In this document: one piece after another, positions 37,110 to 50,600 of the stretch | Layout of the letters: each line of letters opens with the position of its first letter | Position numbering within the stretch: position 1 is the first letter of the stretch | Origin: Azolla caroliniana | Taxonomy: Eukaryota; Plantae; Polypodiophyta | Direction: 5' to 3' | Assembly (NCBI GenBank): GCA_043228905.1 | Contig: JBHGNT010000018.1 | Location: 3,534,001-3,598,000, forward strand | DNA length: 64,000 nucleotides | Notes under the pieces: generated by a model | What the model saw: the letters and a program-made list of their open reading frames with translations, nothing else | What the model was told of the DNA's origin: nothing | Database searches by the model: none | Program-made: the position numbers and the translations under genes

Positions 37110-39300
37110 TTTTTTTTTCGTTTTATTTATTATTTATTATTTATTATCTTTTATCTTTTATCTTTTTTTATCTTCTTCTTTTTTTTAATTATTTTTATTT
37201 TTATTTTTATTTTTTCTATAAGGATATCCATTCATGAGTCTAAGCAATTTACATTCTTTCGATTCCCAAGTGATTCGCGGAGGGAAGGCTTTTAGTTGGC
37301 AACTGCTCAGTTCAAGCCTAAACCGAGCCGTCAAACCGTTATTAAACGGTTTGGAGGTTCGGTTTACACTTGACCTTCCCAAATCGGTTTGAGCTCGGTT
37401 TGGCAAGGCTCAAGCCGAATCAAACTCATTAGGGCCAAAACGGTTAATGCTTAATCAATTTAGCCAAACCAGTACCTAAACTAGTTTAGGCTTAACCGGT
37501 TTTGGATAGCGAAACGTATGTTTGATGCTTTGCTTAGGCCAGATAACTCCGCTCATACCCTCCTCTTCCATGGAAATGAACTAAATTGACCTTTGCACCA
37601 ACCATTTTCTCCCTCAAACCAATTTAGCAAAGGTCAATTCAAACCGAAGTGGCGCCCTCCTTATGAAAGTTGGTTTGAGGGAGAAAATGGTTGGTGGATA
37701 AGGTCAATTCGTTTCATTTCCATGGAAGAGGAGGGTACGAGCGGAGTTCTCTAGCTTAGGCAAAGCATCGTGTATGCATTTTGCTAGACCAAACCGATTA
37801 AGCCTTAAACGGTTCGATTCAAATTCGAAAACTTCCAAACCGGTTAAGCCAAAACCGAACCATTGTCAATTCCTAGAGGGAACAACCATCTCGGTGGCCG
37901 AAAGTGCCAAACAGGATTATCATCCTTCGAGGACATAAGTGGAGTAGTTTTCCACAAAGTAAGAAGCTCATTATGTTTAGCAATTTTATCTTCAAAATCT
38001 CCAATAAGACAATCCCATTGTCCTTTAAAAGTATGCACCATGTGTGACCAAATATTATGTACCATTTCAACTTGGGACTTGTGAGGCTCTAGGTTGATGG
38101 AAATGAGAGACCAATAAGCCTTCCAAATGTAATACGTAGTGGTACTACTCAATAACTCCCATAATTGTTACATGTCCTTCCTTCTCTCCTAAAGATTGCA
38201 TGGACACTAATGGAAGTAAACAAAATATTTTGGAATCAATGTTAAAACTATGGTCTATAGATTCAACATTATGGTGAAAAACATAGTAGACAAGCGATGT
38301 CCCAACCACCATGCCCCATGTGAATACCAATGGGGGAAATTAGTTGGAAAGTATTATTAGGAGGCGTTTCTATACTGATTAAGACTTGCGGTAGTCCCAT
38401 AGACAATGTTTATGAGTTTCAGCTTGCAAATGACAATGGTCATAACTAGAGGCTACGCCCTTCTTATGCAACCATGTGCCAATAGCCAAGGTCAATGCAC
38501 AAGTAACCACTGCACATTAAGTATTTGTCGTGGTTGTTTTCTTTCCCATATGTTAACCCATAACTTATCAAGAAACTTTGGAGTAATACCATGTCGATGT
38601 TGCAGCTGGTAAAACATATTGTCTACCCGACATAATATCTCTTCTCAATTGCATAGAATATTCGAAAAAATTAAAGTTTTTACCAATAAATGGGTTTTTA
38701 CCCACTAATAGTCAATTGTTTTCCTTGCAAATATGAACAAATGTTATTAACACCCACAACTTCCAATGTGACTTTATGTCCTCTATCAATGGATAAATAT
38801 ACCATTTGCAATTAGCGTATCCTATTATCCTTATATTGTGTTCCATAACACAAGGATAATCAATTACCACTTCTTGCAATGGAGACAATTGACTTGCATT
38901 ATCCACATAAAAAAGACGAAAGGTTTTATCCTCTAGATATCCCTTTACAGTCAAGAGTACCCATATGAGGTGAGTTAATGTATGGTATGGCGGCTCTATC
39001 AATAGCTTCTTGAGTTTGCCGATACATTATTTATCCTCCATGCATCCTAGCTAGTACTTGCTTTTGTTCCTCCCATGAACACGATAAAAAAACCCTACCA
39101 AGACTTGATTGAATTTGCATGACCTTTTGCAATTTTTCCCCATGCCAACCATTGTCTAGAACCCAACACTAAACTTGTCGATGTAGTAAAAAACGGGTTC
39201 CATAATAACCTTTGCCTAAAATATTCAACATAATGAGTAGGTTGATTGATTAACAATCCAAGTAAGACTTGCATCCATGCAAAAAATATAGTTTGAATAA
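37110..39300 (-). mobile_element. Degenerate L1-clade LINE 3' end with A-rich tail, interrupted by a MITE
   Basis: ORF 37844-38152 (TTTYYIWKAYW...WHFRPPRWLFP) continues across the insertion as FPPRITWESKECK (ORF 37185-37406). An A-rich tail follows (T-rich on + at ~37110-37216). Confidence 0.65.
37288..37875. mobile_element. hAT-like MITE with AACCG-type subterminal repeats and a long internal inverted repeat
   Basis: Flanking GAGGGAAG (37280-37287) and GAGGGAAC (37876-37883). Many AAACCG/CGGTTT motifs. Inverted arms ~37484-37625 and ~37666-37810. Confidence 0.75.
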
Positions 39301-39344
39301 ATTTTTCCTTGCATCCATGAGCATCCTCACACCTTCACTCTTTA

Positions 39345-39620
39345 TTCCATCCATCCATGTAGGGAGCTTCTCGTGTTGACAAGCATCCATTCAAATATCC
39401 ATTCCTCCATGGGACCATCCATCCATCCATGGGAGCTTCTCTAGTTGACAAGCATCCATCCAAACATCCATATCTCAATGGTACCATCCATTCCACCTAA
39501 TAATCCGTTCTATTGGACCATCCATCCATCCATGTGAACTTCTCTAGCTGACAAGCATCTATGCAATCATCCATCCCTTCATGGAACCATCCACCCATCC
39601 ATCCATGGGAGCTTCTTTGA
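39345..39620. repeat. Degenerate tandem repeat, ~75-100 bp unit, four copies (last partial)
   Basis: Recurrent ccatccatccatg(g)gagcttctctagttgacaagcatcc motif. Confidence 0.85.
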
Positions 39621-41399
39621 AGCTCCCGTGACAACTTACGTGCTCTCGCTTCTTCTTCTTCTTCTTCTTTTGATGCATATGTCCACATTGAGCTTCCATT
39701 GGAACAAAATTATTCTTCATATTTTCAAAAATATTAAAGTACGACCTCGATCAAAACATACAACCATAAAAAGTTGGTTCGATCAATCTAGATCTGCTTC
39801 CTTATTAAAGATGTGTGATTTATTGCCTATTTGAAGTAAGAATGACTTAATCTCTCTAAATACCTAGATGCATAACGTTTGGAGGCTTAATTGTTTGAAT
39901 TTGGATTATCTTGTTGATGCGTGTAATCAAATGCTTTGATATTTCGAATAGAAGGCTTGAAACCTTGAATAATATTCCTGGACAAAGCATATAGTCAAAT
40001 CGAGGTGACTAAGTGACATTTTGGTATTACATGAAATATGATTGAGGCCATAAATCTGATTGATTAGGCACTGATTCAAATTGCGTATGCCACGTTTTCG
40101 CTTAGCAACACCCTTGGTAAACTCAATCCCAAGGGCTTGGTGTTCCTGTGTTACCGTTCATTCCCCTTGGTTTTGTTGGTTTTAAAACAAACGACGATTT
40201 TTATCATCTTGTTGGATTTTTTATTATAACGACATGTGTAGATTCAATGCAAGTGGTAGCCACTAGATTGTATGCTTTGTATATGCTTATTAGATTGGTA
40301 ATGGAAACTAAGGTGTAGTTTTTATTTTTGTTAAAAAATGCAAGTGGTAGCTACTTGGCATCAAACAACAAAGCAAAACAAAACCTACAACTTCTGAGAA
40401 TGGCCATCATAATCATGTTTTGCACATCATATTGTTTTGTTCGGTTTCATTTGTAAATATTGATACACTAATATGTTTACGATGCATTATGTCCTTTCAT
40501 TCAATTATTATCTCTAGAATGTTATCAATAAATCAATTAATGTAGTTCCGCTCGTGCATTAATTACTTGATCAACTTCACCAATGATGTGAGTGTTGTTA
40601 TTTTAACTAATCCCATTGTAAAATCGTGGCAATTTATAATCAATTAATTTACACAATTGTAATACAAATAGGCTAAGTCCCCCATAGAAAGCAATTTATT
40701 GAAACATTCACTTAGATTCCATACAAAAAATACCTTTTTTGTGCAATCATACAAGTGAAAGAATACATTGAATGGGTGCTCGTGTTTCAGTAATGGTTCC
40801 ATGTATCTCTATATCATATATGTACATATATATCTAGTGAAATTCAATGAGTTTGCCAAATATAAATCATGTTACCAAGAAAACCTCCTCACAACTTAAA
40901 CTTGCTTGGGACGAAATTCAATACATTTTATGTTTGCTTTTTGTGCACATATGTAGATTTGAAAATTGCAATAGTTCATTAAAATTTAGATGCATCCAAT
41001 TAGACTTTGGTTGGTACTTGCAAGTGTTTCAAATTTCCCTTTGTGACATGAATGTTGTGCAAGATTTGGCTCGAGAAATTTAGTATGGGAATTTGGAAAA
41101 CATCATTTTTGTTATGCTTGTTTACACTCATCTCAAGGACGATATCAATCTAGAGTTTTATTGAGATATCACTGTATGCCCATCTTAGAAAAGTGGCATA
41201 TTTGCCTAAAATGAAATTATTAACCTTGTAATTACATCACTTTGTTTCATTGACCCATTTCCTACATGATGTATAATTGGTTGGCTTCTAAAGCAAGGCT
41301 TGATTACATCAAGTAGCACAAACACGATGTAACTATGCAATGGACAATGCATTGAGTTGGTAGTTTTATTGTCCATGGTAGAACCCATACTTCCTCAAT

Positions 41400-44135
41400 C
41401 CCACGAGACATCGAAGTTCATAATACCAGGCGCAATAACATGATCTATATTCGATGTCGAGATTAAAGCCAAACAATATACTGACGTTGGAATCCCAATC
41501 AAAAGCTAGATATTATCGAAGGCAAGGGATCGAGTATATTGCGGATGTTACATTATGAAGGAACTCATGGGGGCAACATGTAGGCAGGGTTTCCCCTTAG
41601 ACAGGTTCAACGAGTCCGAGCATCACACATATGACGTGAAGCTTCACTCTCCGTTCGACCAGAAACATTTCGAGTTTACGTGTTCATAGAGGACCAATTT
41701 CATTCAGCGCACCATTCGCCGAAATCATCGGGAGTTTGCTACTCGATCCAGAGTCCTCCGAGCACAAGCACTCACGATTCACCGAAATCATCTGGGATAT
41801 GGAGTTTGCTACTCAATCTGAAGTCTTGAGTCCTTTGGACACAAGTACTCACATGGGTGGTTCACAACCACACCATATACATAATTCATTGGTTCAGTCA
41901 TTGGTCCCTATCTACCTCGATGAAGACTTAACCAAGATGCAAATTGAGCATCGTAAAACTTGTATGCCACGAGTCATACAAGCTCATAAAGAGGGGCATC
42001 CTGCTTTTTACCGAGACGAACGTGTCATAATAAATGATCGCGTTGCCAATTGACGGCGTGTGGCCCATGTGAAACAATAAACTTAGGATGACTTTTATGG
42101 AACTGTAACGGTGCACTTTGGACACACCCTGGCCGTCTAGAGGAGATTTTGAAGGTATATGGCATACTTTTTTTTAGTAGAAACACATCTGAGCCCAAAT
42201 CGAGGACTGCCACGAGTTGACGGTTTTCGTTGGGAATTTGTCTTTAGACAAACCTCACGTCGACATACTACTAGAGGGTATGAAGGGGTTGCGATACTAT
42301 TTCGGAGAGAGATACATAATAGGATAGAAATACTAAAGAAAGACCTAGAAGCCCGTTTTATGTGGGTGATAGTCCTCACTAGTAAGGACCATGCGATATT
42401 TATCGTCGTGCGTTACTTCCCCCCAAAAGGATCCCGGTATAATATGGTTGGAGAGACGAGTATAGTTGATGAAGGAACGCAACATGGGCTTTCTCCATAC
42501 GAACCTTTATTGGATGACATAATCCGATATTCTTCTCAAGGGGAAGTCTTCCTTGTAGGAGATTTAAATGCGAGAACCCAATCCCGACAATGCACAATAT
42601 TTCAGATGGATAGAAACCTCAAAATGGTGAATGTCGACCCTTTAGACTTAGACATAACGCGTACATCAAAGGATCCAGGTGCAGATGCCACAAGCTTTGG
42701 CCATCATCTGCTTGAACTTGGAAGCCGACACCAAATGATCATATATAATGGCTTAGCCAAGTGGCCGGGCTCGGAAGCGCTCACATGTTTCCCACATGGA
42801 GGGGAAAGCACGGTTGATTACCTAATAGGACGCCCTGACGCTACCCACCCACATGGTTAACTCCTTCCGGGTGGCCCCATGCCCCATTGGTGCATACCAT
42901 AACTTCCTATACTTTGAGCTAAAATGCGACACCTCCCACACCACCAACTCTAGTCAACCAAACCATCACACCATAATACATTTCACGCATGAGCTCGCTG
43001 ACATCTACTCTCGACATGTTCAAGCCCATCTTTCCTCTTTTGATTCTTCCTTGCCTTTAGAGAACCTCACTACAGAACTCGCACACACCCTTCACTCGGT
43101 AGAAATTAGTAGCTTCCCATACACGAAACACTCCAATCATAGTAGAATAAGGTCTATGCCACAGAACAAGTGGTATGACAAGGATTGTAGAGAGTTGTAT
43201 AGACAACTTAAGTGTCGCGACTTAGTGGTACTATTTCCTTAGTACATGCTCGAAAACACCCATTGAGGATCCTAATATTTGGCACACATATATCGGGATA
43301 CTCTACCATGTCCCGAACCAACCACCCATCCCAATGCCTTCCACACCCCGACCTAACATGGGGACACTTTTCACGACATCTAGGGTCACGAAGGTCATAA
43401 AAAAATTACAACATAGGAAATCCATGGACCACACAGGATTGCGAGCCGAGCACATCATATATGCTCGAGAGTGCCTAGCCCCCTTTCTCACTCTAATCTT
43501 CAACTACGCCCTCGCCGAGGGTTTTCCACCACAATGGACCATGAACATAGTGGCCCCTATACATAAAGGAGGGGACCCAATGGACCCAAATACATATAGG
43601 ACCATTATGATAGGCCATACGCTCGCTAAACTATATGGTGTGGTAATGGAAGCAGAGCTTAGGGATTATATGGAAACATTAAGTCTTCGAGCACCTGAGC
43701 AAGCTGGCTTTAGACGAGCCTTCTCCACTATTGACCATATCTTCACACTTAGGTGCTTAATTGACCAGAGGAAGGCTCGTAAGAAGAAACTATATTGTTG
43801 CTTTGTGGACTTCCGCAAAGCCTTTGACACAGTTCTTAGGGAGAAGTTGTTTGATAGACTTAAGAGCTTGGAGATACCAAATGACATGATTTGGGCCATT
43901 TATGCCCTATATGAGCAAGTCTCTAGGTGTGTAAGATGCCCAGGTGGCCTATCTGATTGTTTCACTAGCACCATTGGTGTAAAACAAGGTTGCCCCTATC
44001 ACCGACTCTTTTTAGGATCTACATTGATGAGATCACTGATTTTATTGCTCGTAAGGGAGTAGCTATTGGGGATACACAAGTTAGTCTCTTACTCTTCGCA
44101 GATGACATTGTCTTGATCTCGGAGTCTGAACAGGA
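41400..44135 (+). mobile_element. Non-LTR retrotransposon (RTE/RTEX-like) with ORF1 remnant, APE endonuclease and RT; frameshifted and 3'-truncated
   Basis: ORF1-like C-terminus DEDLTKMQIEHRK...KEGHPAFYR (41736-42053). APE motifs FLVETH, GVAIL, VGDLNAR, STVDYLI (42159-42860). RT motifs YRTIMIG, EQAGFR, CCFVDFRKAFD, GVKQGCP (43334-44062). A shifted-frame LLFADDIVLIS lies at ~44088-44120, after which homology stops. Confidence 0.9.
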
Positions 44136-44404
44136 ACACATCCACATCGAAACCCATTGACCTCCCGCTTCTCTTCGAGAGACTTGTATGGAAATGAAAT
44201 TAGGCCTAGTATAACATCATTTTTATTGCAAAATATGTTTGTTATTTTATTTTATTAGAAGTTCTATTTACCTTAAAACTCTATTTTTATTTTTATTTTT
44301 TACTTTGGATGAATAGGTAAATATCTCTCTTTTTATTTTTTATTTTTTTTAAACCATTTGTCTCATGGGCCAATTTTTGGCCTTAGAAGACGTTAATATA
44401 TCTT

Positions 44405-44440
<36 letters not shown>

Positions 44441-44674
44441 TTCTTCTCTTCCATTTGCTCTCTCTGCTCGTGTTTTGTGTGTGTGCGCGCCACAACAAAT
44501 GGACGCTTGCTCGCTGCGATGGCGTCTGCTCAAGCAGAAAGGAAGGAAGGAAGAATGCATAATGTGGAGTATCGCTTGCTGCCATATGATGCCTTCTGCG
44601 TAAGATCAAAGAGGAAGGAAGCAGAAGCTGGAGACAATAGAATCCATGTCCCTATGATATAATTCCTAGTTCCG

Positions 44675-47600
44675 ATGGGCCAGGTAATGTCTTTGGAGGA
44701 GCTGGAGGAGTGCGTGAGGATCAATTTCTGCGATCAGGTGTTGCTGCTGCTTTCTCATGGCCTCTTCCGCTTACCTTCCCCTCATGGCACTCACGTCAAG
44801 TTAGAGGTACACTATGAGTGAGAGAGAGGCGCTCTTCTATTAGAGGCCAAAATTGGCCTCTGCAATAAAGCATAATATCAAATATGCATGAATTCAAGTT
44901 ATCCATACTGAAACAAAAATAAACACGGGCATGTTTCCTAAATATCCATGATAATGATATTAATACATGATTATGGCTTTACAATTGATATTGAATTGTG
45001 AGAGAGCTTTACAAGCATGAAGTGTATATGGGATGAGTGCTGGTGGGGGGACATGGTATCCAGTGTTAATTGTTTTTGTAGAGTGAGACTATGAAGAAGT
45101 TCAGATCAGGTCCTGAATTCTTATAGGGAGAGGAAACGCTGGAATGCGCACGATCTTATACATATCAAGGAGTAACATTCACAAGACATCAGTTCTCCCT
45201 AAGGGAAGCTGCTCGTGCTTGACTTTCTTGTGGATATGCAACCCTTGGTACCTCGAAAGACAATGTGCACAGGTCTAGTTCCGAGAACCACAAACAAGAT
45301 CTCAATTTGATACACTTGAAATATCAACTCTTTGCCACGGGGTAGAAACTTGGATATTGAGCCTTCATGTTAAAGAGAGATTTAGTGAGACCTGAATTGT
45401 CAAGGGTGCCTACAGGCCTAAGGAGCAAAATTGTGGTGCTTCTCGATGTAATTTAATGGAATAGTCAAATAATATGGATTGAGCACAATGTCTCTTAACA
45501 AGAAGATGGCCCATTATAAGGCCCTCTTTTTAAACATGTTGTAGGATCAAGCTCTCTGATATGGATACACATCTATCTTATGTAATCCTTAGTGCAATGT
45601 GACAACTCAAGCCATCTTCACATTAGCTAGAGATTGAGACAGACACATATGCACACACATCTAATGTGGAAACAAAGGAACATCAAGCTACCATTGCCCT
45701 GTTATTTATGAAATAAGGGGGAGATACCACTGCCTTGTCAAAATCGGCTTTAAGATTGGTTCACTCCACAAGGTAATGGAATGTGAGGACCAATGATGAT
45801 TGGGATTGTTCTTGTTAGAAATTAAGAGACACATAGAGAGGTTGTTAAAGAGGAGAGCAATACCACCACAGAAGCTCATTGACAATGAACCGTTTCAACT
45901 TTCTATAGCTCAATCACTACTTATCCTACAAGTCAAGTGGGGGCTACAAAAATCAGGTCTCGAACACAATATTCAAAAGGGGTTACAATAGATTGTTCAC
46001 TAGCAATTTATTGTGCTCATAGGTGACATCCATTTGGACCATGGCCACATCACCCTTGTTATGACATGTCAAGGCTATTATTGCCTGACACCTAAGGTGC
46101 TTCTCTCACTGTAGAGAATCTACATCTTGAATTGGTTTGTGTTGGAGAACTTTTGAAATCAGAATGTTCAGTACATCTAATCTGAGAAAGTTAAGTGCTT
46201 AGCTAATGAGTTTATTTAGAACCTTAGGCAGTTTGATTAATTTAGTTATACTTATTTTGGTTTGTTGTTCTCAAAGATGAGAAAACATATTAAGATGTGA
46301 TCTCTCATTCGATCTTACAGGCCATATTTGGTCTCTGAAAATATGCTAATATACTCAATGATTACCCACTTGATAATGACCAAAACGTTGGTGCCACGTG
46401 ATATAATTCGGGCAGAGATGGGAACAACCCCAATAATCATCGAAACATTATTCTGATCAGTGATCCATTGCTTCATCTATTCCCCATTGCACAGAATGTC
46501 AACATGCATGGAAGGAAGGTATGTGAATTCTTAGATACTGAAAACTGCCACCATCTCAATAGCTTGACAATTGAATGTGAATACATGTTTCAAAGATCAT
46601 TCTCGGGTCTTTTATCTATTGGGTTTTGTGGTTTTTCAATAACAAGCTCTCAGAATCGTAATATTTCTCTTGGCATCATCTATTCTCGGTTCCATGCAAT
46701 GTCAATTTATATTGAAAACTGTCACCATCTCAATAGCTTGACCGTTGAATGCGATTATTGGCAACAAATTTTGCACTCTAAGTGTGGGGTAAGGGGACTA
46801 CATCATCTGTATATTGGAGAAGTATAATTGTGAGAGCCCTAGTAACTGATTCATTTTCATGTTCTCTAATGGCATTCTATATTCACTTTTCCAATTGATC
46901 AAGGTACAGATAAAAAAGAATTGGTGATAAGAGAAAGATTTTTTGAACTCCTGTTGTGCTTAGGAATTCTCTCAGAATACTCTTCTCTGATTTGAATTTA
47001 TTTCACATAGATACATCTTAAAAGAACAGTATCCTATCTATATCATGAGGTTATATTTCCATAATTAATACTCAATATTGGAAAAATTACTAAGGGTGGC
47101 GAATTGATGCCCAAGCCCTCATCCAAACTCCTAAGAGGGCCAGACATGTCAACACACTGATGTACACATGTTCACACATTGGAAATAGAAACCAAGGGTT
47201 GCCTGAATATTGAGCAGCAAAAGAAACCATGTGACTTATGCTGGCTCAGTGTACCAGATGCAGAATATGTCACTCTGCAACGCTTTGCATTTAGAAGATT
47301 AGGCATGATTTTCAGGAATTCCTACAAGGTTGTACTAGCTTTCAAGGAAGGAACCATGGGGATGACACTAGATGTGCTCTTTGCTTGTCTACTTGACAGT
47401 TAATGGAAGACCAAAACCGTGAAATCCGGCAACTAGCTTGGTTTTTCATGTTAGATTTAATGTTCTCATTTTGTTCTAATATTTAACAATTCCCCAGTTT
47501 CACGGCTGGGGTAGGGCTTGCGTAGATGATTTGTAATAATATTGTGGGTCTCATGGGTCATGTTGGCTCCCCTATTAATTTTTCTATATCATTGTCATAA

Positions 47601-50600
47601 TATTGATCTGACTCAACTCATACCGCACACCCTTTGTTGAACCAAGAAATTTGGGGCAACCCTTAAATATTTTTCTCAATATATCTAGTTTTACCAATTG
47701 TAGCATCCATCAGTTGACACATGTGTGCATATTCTATGTCATGCAGGAATTCCTAGCATCTAAGCAGCATATCCAATGCATGTTCTTTCTTCTTCCATTT
47801 CATCACATGACTACCCCGGGGCATGTCCTGTGTTTTTCTCATCCTTAGTCGTAGCTGGAAACATACAGGGTTGGAGATTGGCTTCTGATCTGAAAGTTTT
47901 GGAGCGTCTCTAATTCATTGTATTTGATGAGAGCATAATTAATTGTGCTATCTTTGTTGTTAGCTGTGTGACTAATCTATTTTCTTGACTTTGGTAATCT
48001 TTGTGCTCCATTCAGGCTGTCATCTGCTTAGAGTTCATCATATTTATCATGGCACTTAAGCATCTTTGCTTAAGTTTTTTAGTAAACTATTCTATATTTC
48101 GGCATTCTTTTATTGTGGATGACCTAATTGTTCTGAATTTTGCATGTTTGAATATTCATTTTTTTATTTTGGTTTGTTGTTCTCAAAGATGAGACAACAC
48201 TTAAGATGTAATCTCTCGTTTGGTGTTATAGGCCATTTTGGCCTCTTAAAAGACGTTAATATATCTTTCTTTCTTTCGTTCTATTATAATAATTTGAGTT
48301 CTTTAGGGCGACTAGAGTTATCTGGATATAACATTACTACTGCATGATTGTATGCTTAGATGAAAAATCAGGGGCTTGCGGTAAAACATCATGAATATTT
48401 ATATTATTCTGATATGTTTCATGTAGGTGGATTTAGCTAAGATTCCATTCCAAACTGGAAGGTACATAGTTGATTTCACTCCTACCCTTTCATTGATCAT
48501 TCTCAAAGTAACAAGGACATTCTTTGACTTAACTTCTTGTTGTTTCAGGAAGGAGAACTATGCAGAGCTAGTTGTTCAAATTGTGAAAGGGGTTGGATTT
48601 TCCATGGGTAAAAGGTGTTGTCCTCTTTTCTCTTTATATTTACTAGAATACACATGCTGATGCTCACCTAACATCTTATTTTCCAAAATATTCAGTTTAT
48701 ACTTACTAATAGCAAAATCATAAAATGCTGAAAAGTCTATTTCACAAGCAGGAAGTGTCTGAATGAAAGCAGGAATGATGACGAAACTGTAAATCGCGGA
48801 GAGAATGGCATTGAATTCCAGGGTGTTTGGATGGAGAAAGACTTAAATAATGTGGACAGACTGAAGTACTTCACACCCTCAGATGGCAGTAAAGATATTT
48901 TAAATGCTTCCATGTTATCAATAAGAGATGTTAATGATGTATCAGACAATGTGGAATTGGAAGTTTTAGAGCTTATTTCTGAACTGGCTCCGAATGTAAC
49001 TTTTCAAAATGCTTCATTTGATGCTATTCTGAATGTATTTCAAGAATTATATGCTATGAACAGAGAAAATAGTGCAGAGTTTTCCTCAGAATTTATTAAA
49101 GGAATGAACAGGGTTCCTCAGAAGCCTGTAAAAATTGAGGAATCCTCCATTTTATCTCAGAATAAGAAGCGAAAGATTTCACATGCAAATATAGTTCCGA
49201 CACTTGGAGTCTGTAGAGGAGATGGAGTGCTATTTATTTTCTATCCTCCAGCACCATTCACATTGGAGAGCATTTTGAAATTTAGCCCAAATACTTTCAG
49301 TGATGATTGGGACATCCGTTTTCTTGTGTACCAAATATTTTCAGCTATGGCCTTTTGCCATGGCCAGGGTATTACTCATGGGGATTTGAAGCCCTCTAAT
49401 ATCCTTCTGACTGACATGCTATGGTGCTGGATTACTGGATTCCATGTAGGTCCTATGAAATGCCAAAGGACCAGGGACGCTCATCATGAGTTTCTTCATC
49501 AAGATTTGTGCCGAGATTCAGATTCTGAAAACTGGCATTCTGCTTTTAAGATGTGGTGGCAAGGGGATTTAAGCAATTATGATTATCTCTTGATTCTAAA
49601 TAAGATTGCGGGCAGGAGATGGGGGGATCGTAAATTTCATACAGTCATGCCTTGGATTATTGACTTTAGTGTGAGACCTGATGAGACGTCAGTCCAAGGA
49701 TGGCGTGACCTTACGAAAAGCAAATGGCGTCTAGCAAAAGGGGATGAACAGCTTGATTTTATGTATTCTACTGCTGAGATACCACACCATGTTTCAGATG
49801 AGTGTTTATCTGAGCTTGCTGTCTGTATATATAAAGCTCGCCGTCTTCCCCTTTTTGTGTTGAGACAAACTGTGCGTTCAGTATATGAACCAAATGAGTA
49901 TCCTGTTTCCTTGCAACGTTTGTACCAATGGACTCCTGACGAGTGCATTCCTGAGTTTTTCAGTGATGCCGCAGTCTTTTCTTCAGTTCATGCAGGAATG
50001 AGTGATTTAGCTTTACCACCTTGGGTACAAAATGCTGAAGAATTTATTTTCCTTCATAGAGCAGCACTAGAGGGTGAGCATGCTTCTAGGCAGTTGCATC
50101 ATTGGATTGATCTTACATTTGGGTATAAATTGTCAGGTGAAGCAGCAATAGATGCCAAGAATGTTGCTTTGTCAACTACTAATTCTTCAACGCCACGGTC
50201 ACAAGGGAGACGCCAGCTTTTCAATTTACCTCATCCACAACGGCAGCGCAGAACACGACATATATATGACCAGAAAAATCTGAAGCAGATAGGACTCGTA
50301 AATTCTGACCTGAGAAAAGTTTCTGACTGTGCCACCACTGAAAATATAGGAGCTTTGAAAAATGATGGTACATGCTGTGCAAATTTGGACCATCTGGAAC
50401 ATGCTACTGTCTTCTGTGAAAAGTCAAGACATTTATCACCGACTTACCTCTTAGATATTCCTTCCATCTCCTCTACAGAATCAATACCTATAAATAATTC
50501 TCCTTGCAAAATCAAAGAGATAGTAGAATCTAGTCAGGAGTGCCTTGTCAATACTTTCCAAGCTTTGAAAGCTTTTGATGAGAGTGAAGGAAGTTATCAA

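Noticed and set aside
39345-39620. CRISPR-like repeat-spacer array
   Set aside because: Eukaryotic context, degenerate units, no unique spacers and no cas genes; ordinary minisatellite.
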